DNA of 64,000 nucleotides from Bacteroidota bacterium (GTDB lineage Bacteria; Bacteroidota; Bacteroidia; Chitinophagales; Chitinophagaceae), in assembly GCA_037127755.1 (NCBI GenBank), contig JBAXXT010000004.1:20179-84178 (forward strand), given 5' to 3'. The notes under the pieces were generated by a model that did no database searches, was not told the origin of the DNA, and was given only the letters and a program-made list of their open reading frames with translations. Numbering within the stretch: the first letter of the stretch is position 1; the number at the start of each line of letters is the position of its first letter. Shown piece after piece: positions 19,468 through 31,135 of the stretch. A program made the position numbers and the translations under genes.

Positions 19468-19962
19468 TTAATTCAATTTTACTACTTCAGCTAATCCTTT
19501 GATATATGCTTCCTGATCAGCTTTATTAGCCAATTCTCTACGTAATACTTTTTCAGCTACTTCAACTACTAATGAACCAACTTGGTTTTTCACTTCAGTT
19601 AAAGCTGCATTTTTTTGTTGTAGAATTGCAAACTGTGCATCAGATACAATACGATCGAATTCTACTCTTGCTTTATCTTTCGCTTCAGATAACATCTTAT
19701 TAGAAGTTTCTTTTGCTTCCTTAATCATCACAGCTCTTTCCTCTCTTGCTTGCACCATCATAGCTTCATTCTCATTTTTCAATGCTGCCATTTCTGCTTT
19801 GATTTTATCAGCAGAAGCAATTGCATCAGCTATGCCAGTCTCCCTTTCTTTAAGGGTTGCTAAAATGGGTACCCAAGCGAATTTCTTCAAGATGAAAAAA
19901 ACGATCAGGAAAGCTACAAGCGTCCAAACCAATAATCCTAAACCCGGGTTTAACAATTCCAT
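19468..19962 (-). CDS. atpF: ATP synthase subunit b
   Basis: MELLNPGLGLLVW TM anchor, LKKFAW.PIL..LKERE, coiled coil; start moved to ATG 19962. Confidence 0.95.
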   Translation of the reverse strand: MELLNPGLGLLVWTLVAFLIVFFILKKFAWVPILATLKERETGIADAIASADKIKAEMAALKNENEAMMVQAREERAVMIKEAKETSNKMLSEAKDKARVEFDRIVSDAQFAILQQKNAALTEVKNQVGSLVVEVAEKVLRRELANKADQEAYIKGLAEVVKLN

Positions 19963-20056
19963 ATTCTCTATTTGAAGGTTAGATTCTGTTTTCGAAAAGA
20001 TCACTGCATCCATTGCCCTTTGCTTTGAATGCAGTGAAAAGTTTGTGCTACTTAGC

Positions 20057-20320
<264 letters not shown>

Positions 20321-20335
20321 TTATGAAAAAAAAGA

Positions 20336-21436
20336 TTAGTGGTGTGCTTCTTCATGAGCACCTTCTCTTGACTGACCAATAAACACTGCTGTTAAATTGG
20401 TAAAGATGAATGCTTGTATAAACGCAACCAATATTTCAATAAAATAAATAAATACTGTAAAAGCTATTGACACAGGAGCAAATCCCCAACCTGCTGTCTG
20501 ACTCATGGCACCAAAAATAAAGATCAACATTACAAAACATGTAATGATAATGTGCCCTGCCACCATATTGGCAAAAAGACGGACAATCAATGCAAATGGT
20601 TTTGTGAAAATTCCTAAAAACTCAACAGGCACCAGGATTGGTTTTACAAAACCAGGTACCGGAGGATTAAAAATATGTGCCCAGAAATGACGGTTCGTGC
20701 TAAATAGAATCACAATGAAACTAATCACACCCAACACTACTGTAAAAGCAATATTACCAGTAACATTTGCAGTTCCTGGAATTAATCCAATCAAATTATT
20801 AATGAGTATAAAGAAAAATACAGTTAGTAAATAAGGCATGTACTTTTCATAAGCTGATCCCAGATTTGGTTTTGCCACATCATCTCTTACAAAAGTAATC
20901 ACAGGCTCAATAGCATTTTGAAAACCAGATGGAGCAGTTCTTGCACCACCTTTTTTATACTTATTTGCAACATTGATCATGATCACAGAAAGCAATACCA
21001 ACGCTAACATCATCTGTACCACATTCCTGGTTAAACTAAAGTCATATAAAGAAACAGTTTCTGCTACTTTACCAGCTTCATCAACCGCTACAATTTTACC
21101 CTCTTCACTTTTATATCCATTGTAAATAGCACCATGATGTAAATTGCCATAAGAAAAAACAGCTACGCCTCTTTCTTTAGAATACACAATTACAGGTAAT
21201 GGAATAACAATATCTGTTTCACCAATTGTAAAGAAATGGAATTCATGGGCATCTAAAATATGCTCCATAATCAATTCTGCAGGGTCAAACGAACCTTCTT
21301 CTTTCTCTTTTCCAGCTTGTTCGGTTTGAGTAGCCGCTTTTTCGGGCTCATTTTGTGCATGCAGTGTAGTAATAAAAAGCATACTTAATACGCTAAACAT
21401 CACTACCAATAAAGATTTTACGCTTCTAAGGGCCAT
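20336..21436 (-). CDS. atpB: ATP synthase subunit a (Bacteroidota type with signal-like N-terminus and periplasmic insertion)
   Basis: VRLFANMVAGH and LVAFIQAFIF motifs; start moved to ATG 21436, just downstream of a consensus promoter. Confidence 0.95.
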   Translation of the reverse strand: MALRSVKSLLVVMFSVLSMLFITTLHAQNEPEKAATQTEQAGKEKEEGSFDPAELIMEHILDAHEFHFFTIGETDIVIPLPVIVYSKERGVAVFSYGNLHHGAIYNGYKSEEGKIVAVDEAGKVAETVSLYDFSLTRNVVQMMLALVLLSVIMINVANKYKKGGARTAPSGFQNAIEPVITFVRDDVAKPNLGSAYEKYMPYLLTVFFFILINNLIGLIPGTANVTGNIAFTVVLGVISFIVILFSTNRHFWAHIFNPPVPGFVKPILVPVEFLGIFTKPFALIVRLFANMVAGHIIITCFVMLIFIFGAMSQTAGWGFAPVSIAFTVFIYFIEILVAFIQAFIFTNLTAVFIGQSREGAHEEAHH

Positions 21437-21456
21437 ACCTGTCTCGAAATTTGGCG

Positions 21457-21488
21457 CAAAGATAGGGGTAAGGCCTCGAAAATTCGAA
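21457..21488 (-). promoter_or_regulatory. atp operon promoter
   Basis: -7 TATCTTTG (21457-21464); -33 TTCG (21485-21488), 20-nt spacer. Confidence 0.7.
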
Positions 21489-21554
21489 GCAAAATAGCAG
21501 AAAATATTATAGGTAGATTTCTTTGAAGTAGGAAAGCACTCAAACCCTTGTTTT

Positions 21555-23372
21555 CTAAGCCGAAATGGGGGTTTTCTTTTCAAATTGCATCTCATGAAGT
21601 TTAGCATAAAGTCCGCCCAAAGCCAGTAAACTTTCGTGATTCCCCACTTCCTTGAGTTCTCCTTTGTCTAAAACCAATATTTTATCAGCTTTTCGGATGG
21701 TAGACAATCGATGTGCAATAATGATAGATGTTCTTCCCGAAATCAAAGTATCGGTAGCTTTTTCAATCATCAATTCACTTTCCGTATCAATGGAAGAAGT
21801 GGCTTCATCTAAAATCAGGATTGCCGGGTTATATAATAATGCCCTGATAAAGGATAAGATCTGGCGTTGACCTAAACTCAGGGTATTACCCCTTTCCATT
21901 ACGTGATAATCATACCCGTTGGGTAATTGCATAATAAAATCATGTACGCCGATCATTTTTGCAGCTTCTACAACCTGTTCCCTTTTAATTTCTGCATTAC
22001 GTAGGGTGATATTATCTAATATAGATCCGCTAAATAAAAACACATCCTGTAGAACTACCCCAATACCTTTTCTTAAAGCATCCAAATTATATTCGTTGAT
22101 ATTTACGCCATCCACTAAGATAGAGCCCTTTTGTATATGGTATAATTTATTCAATAAACTAATGATGCTGGTCTTCCCACTTCCTGTATGACCAACTAAT
22201 GCAACCGTTTCTCCAGCTTTCACGGTAAAATTGATATCCTTCAATACATAATTTTCATCGGTGTAAGCAAACCAAACCTGATCAAATGCAATAGCGCCCT
22301 TCATGTTTACAGGTTTAAACGCATCTGATGTAGCAGCAGGCGAAAAATCTGGATTATCTAACACAACAAATACGCGTTCAGCTGCAATCATTCCCATTTG
22401 CAACACATTGAACTTATCAGCAATTACCCTTAAGGGTCTGAAAATCTGATTGAGGTATAAAATGAAAGCTACGAGTAGACCTGCATCCAAAGTTTTTCCA
22501 GCAATCCACCATACCAGCAAACCAGTACTTACTGCCAATACTACTTCCACCACTGGAAAAAAAACAGAGTAGGCAAATATGGCATTGATATTGGCATTTC
22601 GATGTTCTGTATTGATCTTCTTAAACTTATTGAATTCCCTGTCTTCCGACGCAAATGCCTGTACCACCTGCATTCCAGTAATATGCTCCTGTACAAATGC
22701 ATTTAATGCAGCCACAGCATTCCTTACACGGATAAAACTCTTATTTACACTTTCCTTAAAATAATAAGTAGCTACTATCATAATAGGGAACGGCACCAAA
22801 CTAATTAATGTGAGGCGCCAGTCCATCCAAAACATCGTTCCCAATGTAATAATGATGATTAATAGATCTGCTATAATTGGAATCAAGCCATCTGAAAAAA
22901 TATCGTTGATACTTTCTATATCATTAATTGTTCTTGTGGTAAGTGTACCAATGGGCGTTTTATCAAACTGAGAAAGATTTAATCCCAATACTTTTTCGAA
23001 AACAGCTACACGCATATCCCTTACCACACTCTGCCCCATCCAGGATGTAATAAAACTAAAAACAAAGCGAACACTGGTTTCTATAAAAAGGAAGACTACC
23101 TGAAAAATCGTAATAGCAATAATGAATTTTGTTACATCTGTCAGGTCGGTATTAAACAAAACAGCTTTCAACCATGCGGGAACATGCAATGATTTTCCGG
23201 AAGCACTATCAATTGTTAGTTGAATCAAATAAGGCCTGATGGGGGCAAATACAGCCATGATGATAGCTAATATAATGCTACCATAAAATTTGGCGGAATA
23301 AGGTTTTACGAATCGAAAAATTCTGCGAAACAGAGAAAATTCAAATATTTTTTTGGTCTTTGCTTTTTGCAT
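21555..23372 (-). CDS. ABC exporter, fused TMD-NBD (MsbA/Sav1866-like)
   Basis: N-terminal TM domain; GHTGSGKT, LSLGQRQ and ILDEATSS motifs. Confidence 0.93.
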   Translation of the reverse strand: MQKAKTKKIFEFSLFRRIFRFVKPYSAKFYGSIILAIIMAVFAPIRPYLIQLTIDSASGKSLHVPAWLKAVLFNTDLTDVTKFIIAITIFQVVFLFIETSVRFVFSFITSWMGQSVVRDMRVAVFEKVLGLNLSQFDKTPIGTLTTRTINDIESINDIFSDGLIPIIADLLIIIITLGTMFWMDWRLTLISLVPFPIMIVATYYFKESVNKSFIRVRNAVAALNAFVQEHITGMQVVQAFASEDREFNKFKKINTEHRNANINAIFAYSVFFPVVEVVLAVSTGLLVWWIAGKTLDAGLLVAFILYLNQIFRPLRVIADKFNVLQMGMIAAERVFVVLDNPDFSPAATSDAFKPVNMKGAIAFDQVWFAYTDENYVLKDINFTVKAGETVALVGHTGSGKTSIISLLNKLYHIQKGSILVDGVNINEYNLDALRKGIGVVLQDVFLFSGSILDNITLRNAEIKREQVVEAAKMIGVHDFIMQLPNGYDYHVMERGNTLSLGQRQILSFIRALLYNPAILILDEATSSIDTESELMIEKATDTLISGRTSIIIAHRLSTIRKADKILVLDKGELKEVGNHESLLALGGLYAKLHEMQFEKKTPISA

Positions 23373-23493
23373 GGTCTGTACAAATGTAACAACTAAGCAT
23401 ACATCGGGTTCACCACTCTTAAAAATTAACTAACAGTTTTTCATGTATCCGTACGGGTGGCAAATACAGCTTATTGCTTATATTCGCTATTCG

Positions 23494-25758
23494 ATGGAAC
23501 AAGCAGTGGAAAACCAATCTTCAGAAGCAGCGCTTCCAAAATATAACCTCACCGTTGATCAGGAGAAAAACGAAATACTCCGGCATTACCGGGCATTACT
23601 GCGTAGCCTTCGTCCAAAGCTTAAAAGAGGAGATAAAGAATTAGTTCGACATGCTTTTGAAATGGCTGTTGAAGCGCATAAAACGATGCGCAGGAAAAGT
23701 GGTGAGCCTTATATTATTCATCCACTTGCGGTTGCAATGATCTGTGTAGAAGAAATTGGTCTTGGTGTACGAAGCACTATATGTGCATTATTACATGATA
23801 CGGTAGAAGATACTGATATCACCCTTGATGATGTGGAAAATGAATTTGGTACTGAAATAATGCGGATTGTAGACGGACTTACCAAGATCTCAAACGTTAT
23901 TGATACCAATACGAGTCAGCAAGCAGAAAATTTTAAAAAAATTCTCTTAACGCTAACTGACGATCCGCGGGTGATTCTTATTAAACTGGCAGATCGTATA
24001 CACAATATGCGTACGCTTGATCACATGAAGCGTGAAAAGCAATTAAAGATCGCATCTGAAACTGTATGGGTATACGCACCCCTTGCCCATCGTATGGGTT
24101 TGTATAGCATAAAAACAGAACTCGAGGATCTTTCCATGAAATACATGGAACCCGAAGCCTATCGGGATATTGCAAAAAAATTATCTGAAACCAAGCGAGA
24201 AAGAAGTAGATATATTAATGAATTTATTCGTCCCTTAAAAGAGAAATTAGAAGCCTCTCAATTTGACTTTGAAATTTATGGAAGGCCGAAAAGTATTCAT
24301 AGTATTTGGAATAAAATAAAAAAGAAATCGGTGGCATTTGAAGAAGTATATGACCTCTTTGCTATCCGTGTTATCTTAAATTCAACTACAGAAAAAGAAA
24401 AAGAAGATTGCTGGAAAGTATATTCCTTAATCACTGATGAATACAATCCTTCTCCAGAACGTTTACGCGATTGGTTGAGCAATCCAAAAAGTAATGGATA
24501 TGAAGCATTACACACAACCGTGATGGGTCCACAAGGCAAATGGGTGGAAGTGCAAATACGAACTAAACGGATGAACGAAATCGCTGAGAAGGGTTTGGCT
24601 GCACACTATAAATACAAAGAGGGCGGCGGAGATGAAGATCGTTTTGATAAATGGTTTGGACAAATCAGGGAAGTATTGGCTACACCTGATACAGATACAG
24701 TAGATTTCTTACAAGATTTTAAAACATCTTTTCTTGCTGAAGAAATTTATGTATACACACCAAAAGGAGACGTGAAAATGTTACCCGTTGGAAGTACTGC
24801 CTTGGATTTTGCATTCGCCATTCACTCAGCAATTGGAACTAAATGTATTGGCGCAAAAGTGCATCACAAACTGGTGCCCATCAGTCATAAATTACGGAGT
24901 GGTGATCAGATAGAAATCATTACTAGTGGCAAACAAAAACCTTCGGAAGATTGGCTGAACATTGTGGTAACTGCTAAAGCAAAAAGCAAAATAAAAGACT
25001 CCCTGCGTGAAGAAAAACGCAAGATCGCAGATGATGGCAAATATACTTTACAAAGAAAATTAGAAGGATTTGGCGCTGCTGTAAATCAACACAATATTGA
25101 TGAGCTGATTCACTTTTATAAAGTTCCGTCGCAATTAGATTTGCTTTATAAAATCGCAACAAAATCTATCGATTTAAAAGAACTAAAGGATTTTAATTTA
25201 ATTGGCGACCGAATTGAACATCCTCGTCCAAAACCAGTAGTGCATGAATTGAATGTGGAACAAAATCATGCTAAACATTTTTCTAAAAAAGATTCTGAGC
25301 TGATCATCTTCGGAGAAAGCAGCGATAAAATTGTGTATAATCTTGCTAAATGTTGTAACCCAATTCCAGGTGATGACGTATTTGGTTTTGTAAGTACTGG
25401 AAAAGGTTTAATTATACACCGCACTACATGCCCGAATTCCACACAATTAATGGCCAACTATTCTCATCGGGTTGTAAAAACAAAATGGGCTAAGAATAAA
25501 GAAATTTCTTTCTTAACAGGTTTAAAAATTATTGGTATGGATGATGTAGGGGTTATTAATAAAATAACCAATATCATAAGTGGAGATATGCGCGTTAATA
25601 TTGCTGCGTTAACCATTGAATCCTCTGAAGGAATTTTTAGAGGTACTATTAAAGTTTTTGTGCACGATAAAGAAGAACTCGAGGAATTAGTGGATCGTTT
25701 AAAACAATTAAAGGGAATACAAACAGTTGATCGTTTTGATACGGAATCTCTCACTTAA
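23494..25758 (+). CDS. relA: Long bifunctional (p)ppGpp synthetase/hydrolase (HD, SYNTH, TGS, ACT)
   Basis: HDTVEDT intact hydrolase motif, GRPKS, EVQIRT, TGS VYTPKG, C-terminal ACT; start probably ATG 23494. Confidence 0.95.
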   Translation: MEQAVENQSSEAALPKYNLTVDQEKNEILRHYRALLRSLRPKLKRGDKELVRHAFEMAVEAHKTMRRKSGEPYIIHPLAVAMICVEEIGLGVRSTICALLHDTVEDTDITLDDVENEFGTEIMRIVDGLTKISNVIDTNTSQQAENFKKILLTLTDDPRVILIKLADRIHNMRTLDHMKREKQLKIASETVWVYAPLAHRMGLYSIKTELEDLSMKYMEPEAYRDIAKKLSETKRERSRYINEFIRPLKEKLEASQFDFEIYGRPKSIHSIWNKIKKKSVAFEEVYDLFAIRVILNSTTEKEKEDCWKVYSLITDEYNPSPERLRDWLSNPKSNGYEALHTTVMGPQGKWVEVQIRTKRMNEIAEKGLAAHYKYKEGGGDEDRFDKWFGQIREVLATPDTDTVDFLQDFKTSFLAEEIYVYTPKGDVKMLPVGSTALDFAFAIHSAIGTKCIGAKVHHKLVPISHKLRSGDQIEIITSGKQKPSEDWLNIVVTAKAKSKIKDSLREEKRKIADDGKYTLQRKLEGFGAAVNQHNIDELIHFYKVPSQLDLLYKIATKSIDLKELKDFNLIGDRIEHPRPKPVVHELNVEQNHAKHFSKKDSELIIFGESSDKIVYNLAKCCNPIPGDDVFGFVSTGKGLIIHRTTCPNSTQLMANYSHRVVKTKWAKNKEISFLTGLKIIGMDDVGVINKITNIISGDMRVNIAALTIESSEGIFRGTIKVFVHDKEELEELVDRLKQLKGIQTVDRFDTESLT

Positions 25759-25798
25759 TAAGGATTTGCACATTTTGTTTAAAATTGATGGTAATTAA

Positions 25799-27124
<1,326 letters not shown>

Positions 27125-27212
27125 GAAAAAATAATTTTTAAAAAGAAAAGGAAAAATATTTTTGGTTAATCCAATTTTGCGTTTAAAATTTACGCAATAA
27201 TCTTATTAGAAT

Positions 27213-27668
27213 ATGGCAGCGAAATCTGATAAGGATAGCAAATCCTCTAATCCAAAGACACCACCGGCAAAGAATGCCGATGCATCACCATCTCCAAAAA
27301 GTAAAAAACAATTGGATGATGATGAAGATGATTTAGACGACGACGATGATGAAACATTGGACGTCAAGCCCACTAAGAAAGGGGCAAAATCTTCGTCAAA
27401 AAAACCAAAAGATGATGACGATGATGATGATGATGAAACCGAAGTAGAAGACGATTGGGAAAAAGCCGAAGAAGACGATGACTGGGATCCAGACTTCGAC
27501 GAATTCGATATTCCAAAAAGCAAGGGCAAAAAAGCCCCTAGCACCGGTCCTGCAAAGAAAAAAGCAGATGAAGAAGACGACTTTAAGTTAGACGAAGACT
27601 TCAAAGAATTTGATTTGTTCAATGACAAGGATAGTGGCTTCGATGATGACGAGGACGACGACTTCTAG
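27213..27668 (+). CDS. Hypothetical highly acidic low-complexity protein
   Basis: ATG start with A-rich upstream, own downstream terminator, Lys/Ser blocks alternating with Asp/Glu runs. Confidence 0.75.
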   Translation: MAAKSDKDSKSSNPKTPPAKNADASPSPKSKKQLDDDEDDLDDDDDETLDVKPTKKGAKSSSKKPKDDDDDDDDETEVEDDWEKAEEDDDWDPDFDEFDIPKSKGKKAPSTGPAKKKADEEDDFKLDEDFKEFDLFNDKDSGFDDDEDDDF

Positions 27669-27685
27669 TTATTCATGATAACATT

Positions 27686-27727
27686 AAAAATGTTGAATCG
27701 GGTTCGAACTTGATTCAACATTTTTTT
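27686..27727. terminator. Bidirectional intrinsic terminator
   Basis: AAAAATGTTGAATC / GATTCAACATTTTTTT between convergent genes. Confidence 0.85.
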
Positions 27728-27751
27728 GTGATATACTAGCGCTATTCTTGA

Positions 27752-28816
27752 TTATTTGTTCGTGGTAGTTCCCTCTACTAACATGCGGAAAGATTCCATG
27801 AGAATCTGATTCTTCTTCGATTCGAAAATGGAAGCCTTATCCTTGCCAATTCGCATATTGTATGACTTTCCCTCTGAAAGGGCTTTATCAAAACCAGGAT
27901 TCCATTTATTGAATTGACTTATTTCTATTCCCAAACTATTGGTTAGCACCATAGAATTATATCTACCACTAAGATTGATGGTGGTTGTATTTGCAATTTC
28001 GTCATTCGATAAACTTACTTGTTGATTATCCAAAATTTGTGCAGCTTTTACTTTTACAGTTTCGCCTGCAGTAAGTGTAGTCCAACCACCAGCACCTTCG
28101 AATACATAGTGGGTGGCAATAAATTTCTTTACATGTGTGCGTGTTTCTTCTTTTAAATAATATTGAAGCACCCAAAAGTCTCTGCTTCCAGATTTTTTTA
28201 TACACTGTCTCACCCTTCCAGCTCCTCCATTATATGCGGCAACTACCAATAACCAATCTCCAAATTCGGCATATAGCTCCTTCATCAATTTTGCTGCCAC
28301 ATGTGTGCTCTTATAGAAATCCATTCGCTCATCATTTACACCCACCCTTAATCCAAAACGCTTGGCTTCATAATCCATCAATTGCCAGGGCCCCACTGCC
28401 CCAGCCCAAGATACCAATCCGGGTTGCAAATGACTCTCGATCACACTCAAGTATTTCATTTCCTTGGGTATGCCATACATCACTAATATATTGTCGTACA
28501 AATCGAAATAAGGTTTGCCCCAACCTTTCATCCGATCCAGTTCTTTTCCTTGTTTACGGATGTATTCCTGTACAAAAGAAACTGCCTGAGGGTTTAATTG
28601 ATTAATATATGGTTTGGAAGCATCAAACTTATTAGCTACAAACAAACTCTGAAAACCATATTTATCATGAGTAGTATCCACCAATGGCTTTTCTATATAG
28701 GCTGATTCTCCCACAAAAGACATTGTACCAATAGCTCCGGCCAACACAGCAAAAGCCCCCAAAACAAAATGGGAGATTGAATGCCTTGTTTGAATAGAGA
28801 TGCCGTACCACTTCAT
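27752..28816 (-). CDS. Lytic transglycosylase (MltD-like SLT domain)
   Basis: LSVIES (catalytic Glu), AVGPWQLM, AAYNGGAGRV and ETRTHVKKF motifs; N-terminal TM/signal. Confidence 0.9.
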   Translation of the reverse strand: MKWYGISIQTRHSISHFVLGAFAVLAGAIGTMSFVGESAYIEKPLVDTTHDKYGFQSLFVANKFDASKPYINQLNPQAVSFVQEYIRKQGKELDRMKGWGKPYFDLYDNILVMYGIPKEMKYLSVIESHLQPGLVSWAGAVGPWQLMDYEAKRFGLRVGVNDERMDFYKSTHVAAKLMKELYAEFGDWLLVVAAYNGGAGRVRQCIKKSGSRDFWVLQYYLKEETRTHVKKFIATHYVFEGAGGWTTLTAGETVKVKAAQILDNQQVSLSNDEIANTTTINLSGRYNSMVLTNSLGIEISQFNKWNPGFDKALSEGKSYNMRIGKDKASIFESKKNQILMESFRMLVEGTTTNK

Positions 28817-28917
28817 GGTTACTAATAATTGCTGGGTGGCAAAATTACTGCGAAATAACTTAAGGGGATGTGAAAGGAGGTTTTAATGCAACTAAAAAGT
28901 AATTAACTACCTGACTA

Positions 28918-30345
28918 TCAATTCATTAATTGATCAGATAATTGTAACATAGTAGTCTCTTCGAAATGATTTGTCATAATTTGTAAACCAAAAGGGAGCC
29001 CGTTACTATGGGTAAATAATGGAATGGAAATGGCAGGTATCCCAACCAAATTGGCAAAAACCGTATAGATATCGGCTAAAAACATAGCCACTTGGTCGTC
29101 TGATTTTTCCCCTATTTTGAAAGCAGTTGAAGGCACAGTCGGAGAAATGATGGCTTCATATTTACTAAATACATCCACTGACTTATTTAATAAAATGCGT
29201 CTTACTTGCTGTGCTTTGGTAAAATAAGCATCAAAATATCCGGCACTCAAAACAAAAGTTCCCAGCATAATTCTTCTTTGAACTTCTTTACCAAAACCCG
29301 CACTTCGGGATGCTTTATACATATCATTCAATTCCGAATGCACCAATGGAGCACGATAACCGAATCGAACACCATCAAAACGAGATAGATTACTCGAAGC
29401 TTCGGCGGTTGTTAAAACATAATAGGTTGGTACAATATGATTCAACAGGTCAAATTCAATAGGGTCAACAATATGGCCTTCTTGGCGCAGTTGTTCAATA
29501 AATTCTGTAATAGCAGCACGCATTTCAGGATCCAAACCCGGATGTTCTAAAGCTTGCTTAAAAAAGGCAATCCGATATTTTCGAGGAGCTGCGCTCAATT
29601 CTGAAGCATATCCTGGAACTGGTTTTTCTGAAACAGTACTATCAAAATCATCCGTACCAGAAATAACTTCCAAGCAAATTGCAGCATCTTCCACCGTTTT
29701 AGAAAAAATACCGATCTGGTCGAATGAGGAAGCATAGGCTATTAAGCCATAACGCGAAATCCTTCCATAGCTAGGTTTCAGTCCCACAACGCCACAGAAA
29801 TCGGCCGGTTGCCGCACTGATCCACCAGTATCACTCCCAAGGCTAATCATGGTGAATCCTGCTTGAACACTTACAGCTGATCCACCTGATGAACCGCCAG
29901 GAACACGGGTTTCATCTAAAGCATTTCTTACAGCTCCAAATGCAGAATTCTCATTACTACTACCCATCGCAAATTCATCACAGTTTTGTCGGCCTATAAT
30001 AATAGCCTCTTCCTGCAATAATTTTTCTACAACAGTGCTGTTATAAATAGATTTGAAATTTTCTAGGATTTTTGACCCAGCCGAAACCGTATGGCCTTTA
30101 TAACAAATAACATCTTTGATTCCAACCACAACCCCATGCATTTTACCGATGGGTGCGCCACTAATTCTTCTGGCATCAAGTCGTTCTGCCTCAGAAATGG
30201 CTTCCGCTTCGAATACTTCCAAAAAGGCGTTGAGTTGAGGCCTTTCTTTGATGGCCTCCAAATAAAAATGAACGGCTTCCACACAAGTGGTTTGGCCGTT
30301 CTGTAATGCGGTATGGTAGTCTTTGATAGTGCTGAACCGAAACAA
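28918..30345 (-). CDS. gatA: Asp/Glu-tRNA amidotransferase subunit A (TTG start)
   Basis: GIKD, DEFAMGSS, PGGSSGGS, LGSDTGGSVRQPA and RRIMLGTFVLSAGY motifs. Confidence 0.96.
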   Translation of the reverse strand: MFRFSTIKDYHTALQNGQTTCVEAVHFYLEAIKERPQLNAFLEVFEAEAISEAERLDARRISGAPIGKMHGVVVGIKDVICYKGHTVSAGSKILENFKSIYNSTVVEKLLQEEAIIIGRQNCDEFAMGSSNENSAFGAVRNALDETRVPGGSSGGSAVSVQAGFTMISLGSDTGGSVRQPADFCGVVGLKPSYGRISRYGLIAYASSFDQIGIFSKTVEDAAICLEVISGTDDFDSTVSEKPVPGYASELSAAPRKYRIAFFKQALEHPGLDPEMRAAITEFIEQLRQEGHIVDPIEFDLLNHIVPTYYVLTTAEASSNLSRFDGVRFGYRAPLVHSELNDMYKASRSAGFGKEVQRRIMLGTFVLSAGYFDAYFTKAQQVRRILLNKSVDVFSKYEAIISPTVPSTAFKIGEKSDDQVAMFLADIYTVFANLVGIPAISIPLFTHSNGLPFGLQIMTNHFEETTMLQLSDQLMN

Positions 30346-30373
30346 AGCCTAAGAGTCTTTAAATTAAACTAAA

Positions 30374-30574
30374 CTAAGCTTGCGGAGGTGTTGCAGTCTT
30401 ATCTTTCTCTTTCATCCCTTCTTCTAATTCTTTCTTCACATTGTCTTTTGCATCATTAAACTCACGAATACCTTTTCCAAGACCTTTCATGAATTCAGGG
30501 ATCTTACGACCGCCAAACAAAACTAAAACTACTACTGCGATGAGTAAAATTTCTTGAAATCCTAAATTGCCCAT
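30374..30574 (-). CDS. tatA: Twin-arginine translocase TatA/E subunit
   Basis: [23 protein letters not shown]; -7 TAACTTTG at 30595-30602. Confidence 0.95.
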   Translation of the reverse strand: MGNLGFQEILLIAVVVLVLFGGRKIPEFMKGLGKGIREFNDAKDNVKKELEEGMKEKDKTATPPQA

Positions 30575-30654
30575 ATAATTTGTTTTGAGGTTACCAAAGT
30601 TAAGGCAATTGACATGCCTTCCAATTAAATAATGCTAAAGAAAAAAGTTTTAAC

Positions 30655-30693
30655 AAAAAAGCGGAAGAATAGCATTACTAATCTTCCGCTTTT
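30655..30693 (-). terminator. Terminator after rplS
   Basis: GCGGAAGA/TCTTCCGC stem flanked by A6 and T4. Confidence 0.8.
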
Positions 30694-30712
30694 AATTATT
30701 TCAAAGAAATTC

Positions 30713-31063
30713 TTAGAAACGCTTCTCTTTAATACGAGCACTTTTACCACTACGCTCTCTCAAATAGTACAGTTTGGCACGGCGAACCTTACCTGACTTG
30801 TTCAATAAGATTGAATCAATGTTTGGTGAAAGGATTGGGAACAAACGCTCCACACCTACACCATCAGAGATCTTACGTACAGTAAATGATGCAGTAGCTC
30901 CGTTGCCTTGTAATTTAATTACATCTCCACGGAAACTCTGAATACGTTCTTTACCTCCCTCTACGATTTTATAATTCACAGTGATATTATCACCTGCTTT
31001 AAACTTAGGGTATGTTTTCTTCACGGTCAATTGCTCGTGTACAAACTGAACTGCTGCGTCCAT
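30713..31063 (-). CDS. rplS: 50S ribosomal protein L19
   Basis: [26 protein letters not shown] and [11 protein letters not shown] motifs; -7 TACCTTTG at 31086-31093. Confidence 0.99.
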   Translation of the reverse strand: MDAAVQFVHEQLTVKKTYPKFKAGDNITVNYKIVEGGKERIQSFRGDVIKLQGNGATASFTVRKISDGVGVERLFPILSPNIDSILLNKSGKVRRAKLYYLRERSGKSARIKEKRF

Positions 31064-31135
31064 AACTTTATTTTTTTGCGGACGGCAAAGGTATAGAAAA
31101 AATAATAAAATACTACTGCTAAATCAGAATATTTT

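Noticed and set aside
21437-21607. N-terminal extension of atpB in the ORF track (similar extensions for greA, atpF, relA, purA and dnaX)
   Set aside because: The extensions run over consensus promoter elements or upstream genes; internal ATGs fit the family N-termini
27177-27197. TTGCGT-N9-ACGCAA inverted repeat upstream of the acidic protein
   Set aside because: Arms are only 6 bp and there is no second copy in the window; cannot be told from chance
27206-27628. 140-aa Ser-rich minus-strand ORF
   Set aside because: Mirror of the Asp-rich plus-strand gene (GAT/GAC read as TCA/TCG); no promoter or start context
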